NCBI GenBank assembly: GCA_009602725.1
Contig: WELB01000015.1
Coordinates: 908,470-955,581 of the forward strand
Length of the DNA stretch: 47,112 nucleotides
Direction of reading: 5' to 3'
Origin: Spirogloea muscicola
Lineage: Eukaryota
Shown here one piece after another: positions 35,401 through 47,112 of the stretch; within the stretch, counting starts at the first letter, position 1, and every line of letters begins with the position of its first letter. The position numbers and the translations under genes were made by a program. The notes beneath the pieces are model-generated. The model ran no database searches. It saw only the letters and a list, made by a program, of their open reading frames with translations, and was not told the DNA's origin.

Positions 35401-38400
35401 TGTGTGGTGATTGCGGCTTCTTTGGACCATGTGACCTAGATTCGAGGAAGGATCGTACCTGCCATCTGTTGTAATTCAACGTGCTATTGACGATGGTTCA
35501 TTTGCAGGGTGATCTGATCGGTCGACTTCGCACTGTCAAACATTTCTTCCTCCTTGACCAGGTATGTAGGGGGCAGGCTGCATTTGCTCGTGAACTAGGG
35601 CTTGACTTTGAGTCAAGAGGACACTGATCTGCAAAATAGTTATGAAGATGATGTCATACATTGTCATCATCATACTGCAGCCTTTCATGTGACAGAGCGA
35701 CTTTCTCAATCACTTCATGGATACAGCCAAGGAGGAACTGCTGAAGCGTCCAAAGCTCATCCACCTGACGACACTTCAGGTTCGAAATTGGAAGAGTGGC
35801 TGCCTTTAGTTTCAACACGAGGCAATTTTTGCTGGGCACAACAGTTGCTTATAGCATAACAAGGTTGGCCATCTTGCAGGCCCTTCTGGAACTAGCAGTC
35901 AAGTCTTCATCCCTTGCTTCAGATCCTTATCACGAAGATGTTACCTGCTCCATGGTAAGACACCTTGCAGATATAGGATATATGCAGGTTGCAATGGCTT
36001 CCGTATCAGCTACAATTCTGTGGCTCGACATCCTGTTAGCATGCTCATAGCATTTAGGATCAGCATCTTTGCGACATTGGTCGTGTTGTATAAGACAGGT
36101 AAAGGTGGCCTTTCGCCTAGGCCCACTGCGTCTTGATGATCTTCAAGCTGTTCATAGTGGTAGACTTTCAGCTGCTTGTTCACACAGTAAATGCTGCCAA
36201 TGCAGGACACTGTATCTCTTGTAAATCAGCTGCACACCCAAGACCAGACATCCACCTCACCCTCACCTCTTGATTCATCTTCAGTGGACTTGCCACTTCG
36301 CCAAGTGAGCAGCCCCAGGACATCATGGGCAACTGTTGCAGGAGCAATAACAGGCATTGACACTGTCACCCTGGACATTAAGGTCAGCTGCATGATCTAC
36401 CCTACTTGGAGCTTTCCTTACAACAACTTCCACAGAAACCTTCATCATGTCTCCACAATATTCTGTAGCAAAGAAGGACTAGTGGCATGAGCTGCTGCAA
36501 GTCACATTGCTTATACAAGAAACGCATAACTCGGCGCTTTGCTGGTCATGCAACCATGAAGTGCCACAATACAGCCACTTTAATTCGTATGTGACAAGAA
36601 TATGCAATTCAATACGTGAGGCGGCGATGTTTGGCTATATTTCTGAACAGCTGCTTAGCCTTCTTGCACCTCTTCATGTTGCCGTGAAAGTTGATGCTGA
36701 TACCGCTCAATGATATGGCATTTGACTCTGACATATTGTTATGCAGACGTCTTGGCCAACATCGCTCATTCTCTCAAAAGAAGCCCTGACAAAATATCAG
36801 TATCTATTTAGATTCTTGTTCCTTTGCAAGCATGCAGAACGTCAGCTGGGTGACACATGGCATGCCCACCAGGTACTCTCCAGGTTCGAATGCTGTGAAA
36901 CGCAAATCAGAAAGCATACATGGAGAATATCAGTCGCATGACAGATTCTATCCACTCAGTCTTCACAAGCCGCTGGGATTCTTGTAAGTCATTTTAACGT
37001 ACTAAATTGCGTATTGTCAGGGTACAAGGGTGCTTGAAATCAAAGATACTGCCCTAGCCCAATCATACCTGCTGTGTCAGCAGATGCTGCACTTCATCAG
37101 AAATCTGCAACAGTACTGCACTTACGAGGTAGGACGACGCCTTCCATACCTACCATAGACGGTGCGCAGCTTAGGACAGGAGAATCTTAGCTTAGCAGTG
37201 TCTTTGAAGGAGTCACAACCCTATCATGACCACTGAGTGATCACCTGACTTGTAAGAGCAACATCTTTTTGTTCTGTGATATTGTCAATTGGGAAAAAGT
37301 GGTCTGGTTGTCTCAAGGTAAGCAGGAACAATCCATCTTGCACATGATATCATCAGCCACCCTGATCAAGAGCTGTATGCCATGTTGCAAGGAAGGTTCT
37401 GGAGCCGAGGTGGTACACCATGGTTGTGAAAATTGCAGAAAGCAAGAGTGTGGATGAGGTAAGGGGAGGTCCATGCATGTACTGTCAAGTAGCAGAGTGG
37501 CAGAGTGGCAGAGTGGCGCCAGTGTGTGGCCTTCCAGCAACTGTCCTGCTGGAAGAGAATTTTTACTGCTGGTAGAGAATTCTGAAGCTGATGCACTGGC
37601 ATAGGTACAGAGTGCAGCTGCTGCAGTGGCAGTCACATATTTGATCTGCTGATAGACAGTCTGTACTAACATGTACCTGTATACTCATGAGAAGATTCAT
37701 CTGCGCCGTGCATAGGTGATGGATCATCACAATGAGTTTCTAAATGGTTGCCTGGCACAGTGCCTTCTGCAGCATCCCAAGCTGTTCAGAGTAAGTCAGG
37801 AGATACTTTCTTTCAGGACAAGTCCGTCTAACATGCATTGCATTCACAAGGCCAAGGGCAGTCAGTCACATCAAGTTAGTAGTATGCTTTGGAAGGACTG
37901 TCCTTATCAACATCCTAGTTTGCTGGTTCAAGTGATTGTACCTGCACAACAGCATGGACCTCTTTCTCCTTATTGCTCTGGTGCGCAGTCAGATTCATTG
38001 CATGACTTGTATCAGATTGCTGTTGTGCAGAAACTTTACAAGCAAATCAATACCTGCTTAAAGTACACTGTTGAGATGAGAAGGTTTTTCGTTGAGCTGT
38101 CAAGCCTGGATCACGAGCCTCTCATATCCATTGTGAGGTTAAAAGTGAGTAACAAAAGGTCTGCTACTGCAGAGAGGGAAAGAAAGGCCAAAGATTTGCA
38201 GGAACATGTGAAAAGAGTCAGAGAAGCTGCTGACAGAGCAGCACTTGCAGATGCAATAGGGTAAGTGCTGGCTTTTTGGTCATAGGAACGTCAAGTCTTT
38301 TTAGTAATCGTGTCAGCATGAATTAGTGACTGGTTGATTGCTTTGTACTTCTGAATGTGCGCCAATATTTTCATTCTCATAGACAATCTTAGAGCATCTT

Positions 38401-38627
38401 GCACTTGCAAACTTGGCGTGGGTAGTCAACGAAGTGAGGCAATTGTGAGAGCTGTAATGTTGTGTACCTGTGCTGATTTTTCTTCACATTTTTGCAGGAG
38501 TCTAGACACAATATTCAGTCTGGAGCTTAAGGACACGATTGCCATGCTTGTATCTGCTTCATCCTCAGAACCAAGCCTTAGTCGGCTAGCAAAGCGACTC
38601 CACAGCAACACCTACTCTCAAGATTAG
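32410..38627 (+). CDS. GCP2: Gamma-tubulin complex component 2 (Spc97/TUBGCP2 family), ~17-18 exons
   Basis: Clear exons from 32916: [123 protein letters not shown]; stop at 38625-38627. The 5' end (ATG 32410) is tentative. Confidence 0.9.
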
Positions 38628-38989
38628 TGTCTCTCGTCAGAGAAGAGTATGAATATCTGTGGCAACTGCAGTCTCCACCATACTTACGCAAGTTAATCAC
38701 CGAGATGACATGCCCTATACTACCCGCCCTAGGCTACTGCAAGTAATATACGAAATGTTGAAATCAATTTATGTAACACATATGTCCAATTAATTTGATG
38801 ATAGTCAAGATGTTCTGGTGTTGGATCATTTGCTTGCATGGCCTGTAATGACAGAACCATGCAGCTTACGAAGTGGTTAAAGAAATACACTGTGGCAACC
38901 AGATTGAGCACTGACTTTGACCCTCTCATAGTTAGCAGCAGTACTTTCTGCTAGCAGATTCTAAGCTTGCCCACCTTAGCTTTCAGATG

Positions 38990-44494
<5,505 letters not shown>

Positions 44495-44940
44495 GGCCTG
44501 AGTGGCCAAGTACAAAGGCAAGCGGATTGGCAGATGTGCATCACCTGCTGCTAAGCTGACCCGCCCAGTACTCACTAGTCAGCACGTAGAGGTCGATAAT
44601 CACGGCCTGAACACCGAACGGCAGGCGGGAGAGGGAGCTGCAGGCGCGGCAGCCATGGCAGCCATGGCTGGCCGGCCCGCAGCTGCAGGCGGTTAGCAGG
44701 GGGGAGCTGCAGGCTGGGGCTGGCGCCGCCGATTTAGCGGCGCCGCCAGACTTGGAGGTTGACGGGGTGCCCGGCCTGGCGCCGCCCCCAGTTCTGGCAG
44801 CACGGCCTTCTTCTGGCGGCGAACCCGTGTGGGGTTGCTATTCTCGGCTAGATTTGGCGACGGGCCGCTGGATCTGCCCTCCCGCTAGACGGGGCCCTAC
44901 TCTGGCGGAGCCGGGGAGGCACTCTGCTTCGGGCGGCCCG

Positions 44941-44992
44941 CCGCGACCGCGACCGCGACCGCGACTGCGACCGCGACCGAGACCGCGACCGC
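44941..44992. repeat. (CCGCGA)n hexanucleotide microsatellite
   Basis: ccgcgaccgcgaccgcgaccgcgactgcgaccgcgaccgagaccgcgaccgc. Confidence 0.9.
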
Positions 44993-45029
44993 AACCGCTA
45001 CCACAGCCAAGAAGAGGTAAACAATGAAG

Positions 45030-46620
45030 ACGCTGCCAGCAGAGGGCGACGTCCGTGGCTGGCCAGCTCAGACAGAATGAACACGCTTTGAAAAGAGAAA
45101 GTAGATGGCTGTGCTGTGGCAAGAAGAAGCTCTTTCAGGCGGGGGCAGTGGCTGAGCGGCCTAAGGCTCCATCAGTGTAAGGCTATGGCTGTGAGAGGCC
45201 AGCTCAAAAAGAAAGAAGCGCCGCGCAAGGCGGTGAAGCAAGTCAAGCCATTTTGTGCCAAAGAAAGAAGTGCCAAAGGCTCCGTGCACGTCGACTGCCA
45301 GTGGAACAAACTCGTCTCCCACCGGGTGGTCCGAGTATTTCCGTTCCTTTGCACCCGCCGCTTGGCGGACTGCCCGCCTCCTCCGACGAACGTTTGGCAC
45401 TGCTGGAAACAAAGCAGTCAGTCGTGACAACATCGGCTCAATACCAATGAACAAGGGCTAAAAGGGCCGGAAGGCGCAAAAATCACGAAGCTTTTTTGCG
45501 TGACTTCTGCAAATTGACGCCCAACAAGTTGGGGTCCACGAATGCAGATCGGAGTAAGTAGAGGGCTGAAAAAGCATCGTCCTGTCAAAACCAGGAGGCA
45601 GCAGCCAAGGCTCGGGCCGGCATGCAAGTGCACGGCAAATTCAAGGGTCGCTGCAGGGAGATGGCAAGGCGCATTCTTTGCACCCGAGCAAGCGAGGTGT
45701 GGGACTCGTTGGCTCGACCTACTCTAGCAGCTTGCGCGGCGTGCTGAAATTGGCCGTCAAGGGCAGCAGAGCGAGCAGCCCGGCGTCAACACCGTCGGAT
45801 CGCTTGCTCTGGTGTATTGAATGTATATGCTTCCCATAGCCTTCACATTGGAAGAGCTTACCTGTTTCCTCAGACGCCCTATGGACATCGATTGTAAGTG
45901 CGACAACATCGTCGCCAGCAGGGTCGTCGATGACTGGCTTCACATCCTCGTTCGCCATCGAGTCGTGCAGCTTCTTCAACAGGTCTTTGTGCTGCAGCTC
46001 GACCGTACCAACGATAAGCTTCTCCCGTATTAGCTTGCACAGGCTACCGCGCAGCGCTGTATCCCGACATCACCAAGGGGAGCAGGCCAACGTCACCGCG
46101 CCAGGCTCTCTCGCCTGAGTGTGTCGCATGCGCCTGCAACATCGCTGCAGAGGTCTATGGCACACGCGTTGCACCTGCGTGCCAGTCGCATTTGGCTGCA
46201 GCCTCTGGCTATAGACGGGGGACCCGCTATTCGGAGACAAGTCTCTCTGACCTGCGGGTGCTCAACAGGAGATATTGAGCACCCAGTGGCCACTTGAGTC
46301 GCTTGGTGCCCTTACTTAATCGCTTTAGCTAGTTGGACTTCTCCTTTCTAGTTGGACCTTGTCTACTCTTCCTGGGCTGGCTTTCTACAGCCATTGCCTT
46401 ACATTGGAGAAGCTAATCTATTAAGCGCTATTTCTGGCCCCGTAAAAGAATTTGAACAAAATTTTCCACTGACACTGCTGACATAGCTTCTTCAGGCCCC
46501 TTGGTAGCTGCTAAGCGTTTTTGGCCCCTTCGGACCTTTGTCGATTCTTTTCGGGCTGGCTTTTCACAGCCCTTGCCCCCATTGGAAGTGCCACTTCTCT
46601 CTTCCAGTAGTGGGGAAAAC
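45030..46620. mobile_element. Scrambled nest of RLE retroelement fragments
   Basis: Minus: AAGAKERKYSDHPVGDEFVPLAVDVHGAFG (45280-45370), ORF end (~45530-45640), DDPAGDDVVALTIDVH (~45880-45930). Plus: RWLDLL (~45710), CRMRLQTSLQRSMAHALHLRA (~46120-46185), UTR modules 46370-46600. Confidence 0.8.
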
Positions 46621-47112
46621 AAGACAGAAGGAAGGAGAGTTGGCCCACAAAGCGCGCAGTGGCTGAACCCCCAGACCGCCACGTTAAACGATCCCCCAAC
46701 GACGATACTCACGCCCGACGAGCCCCGCCGTCGTCCGCCCGACGTCCGCGCGCCGCGGCGCGTGATTGCGCCGCGGAGGTCACGTGCAGGCACCGGCGTC
46801 TCCGATTGGCCAGCGCTGCCGCCAGTGCCACGTAAGCATCGCCTGGCGGGGCCGGAAAAGGGGTGCTGCGCTCCTACAGCGAGTGGGGCCAGATCTGGCG
46901 GCGCTCCGCCAATCTGGCGGCGGGTGGGGGACTAGCGGGCAAGGCAGGCGGCGAGGGGGCGCGGCGGCCCTGGGGGCCGCCAGATCTGGCGGCGGCGCCG
47001 GATGTAGCTGCCCCGGGGCCAGCCACAGAGGCGGAGATCCCCCCGCCCCCCCTCCTCCCTCCCTCCTCCCTCCCTCCTCCCTCCCTCCTCCCCTCCGCCT
47101 AACCCCCCTCCT

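Noticed and set aside
46800..47112. GC-rich ORFs and C/T-rich tail at the window end
   Set aside because: Low complexity and truncated by the window; cannot be assigned.

Overview
Eukaryotic, intron-rich DNA from a green-plant lineage. Plant-type TTTAGGG motifs, PILS and an At4g02110-like gene point to a streptophyte; a streptophyte alga is my inference. Positions 15.3-44.5 kb hold six spliced genes in strictly alternating orientation: PIN-LIKES transporter (+), a 9-exon bacterial-type GNAT acetyltransferase (-), TMEM205/DUF4149-like (+), BRCT+PHD protein of At4g02110/BCP1 type (-), gamma-tubulin complex protein 2 (+), and a stand-alone fatty acyl-AMP-ligase-like + carrier-protein (FAAL-ACP) didomain (-). 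About 1.1-7, 12.7-14.6, 22.2-23.8 and 45-46.6 kb are nests of 5'-truncated copies of one non-LTR retrotransposon family with a C-terminal restriction-like endonuclease (CRE/R2-type). The family has a modular hairpin-rich 3' UTR and an invariant 54-nt 3' terminus ending in (CT)n. One copy has a 12-bp TSD, and some copies appear to sit inside the family's own UTR module. Four to five GC-AG introns are inferred. A 238-N gap lies at 12439-12676. All family assignments come from motif recognition by eye; no searches were run.
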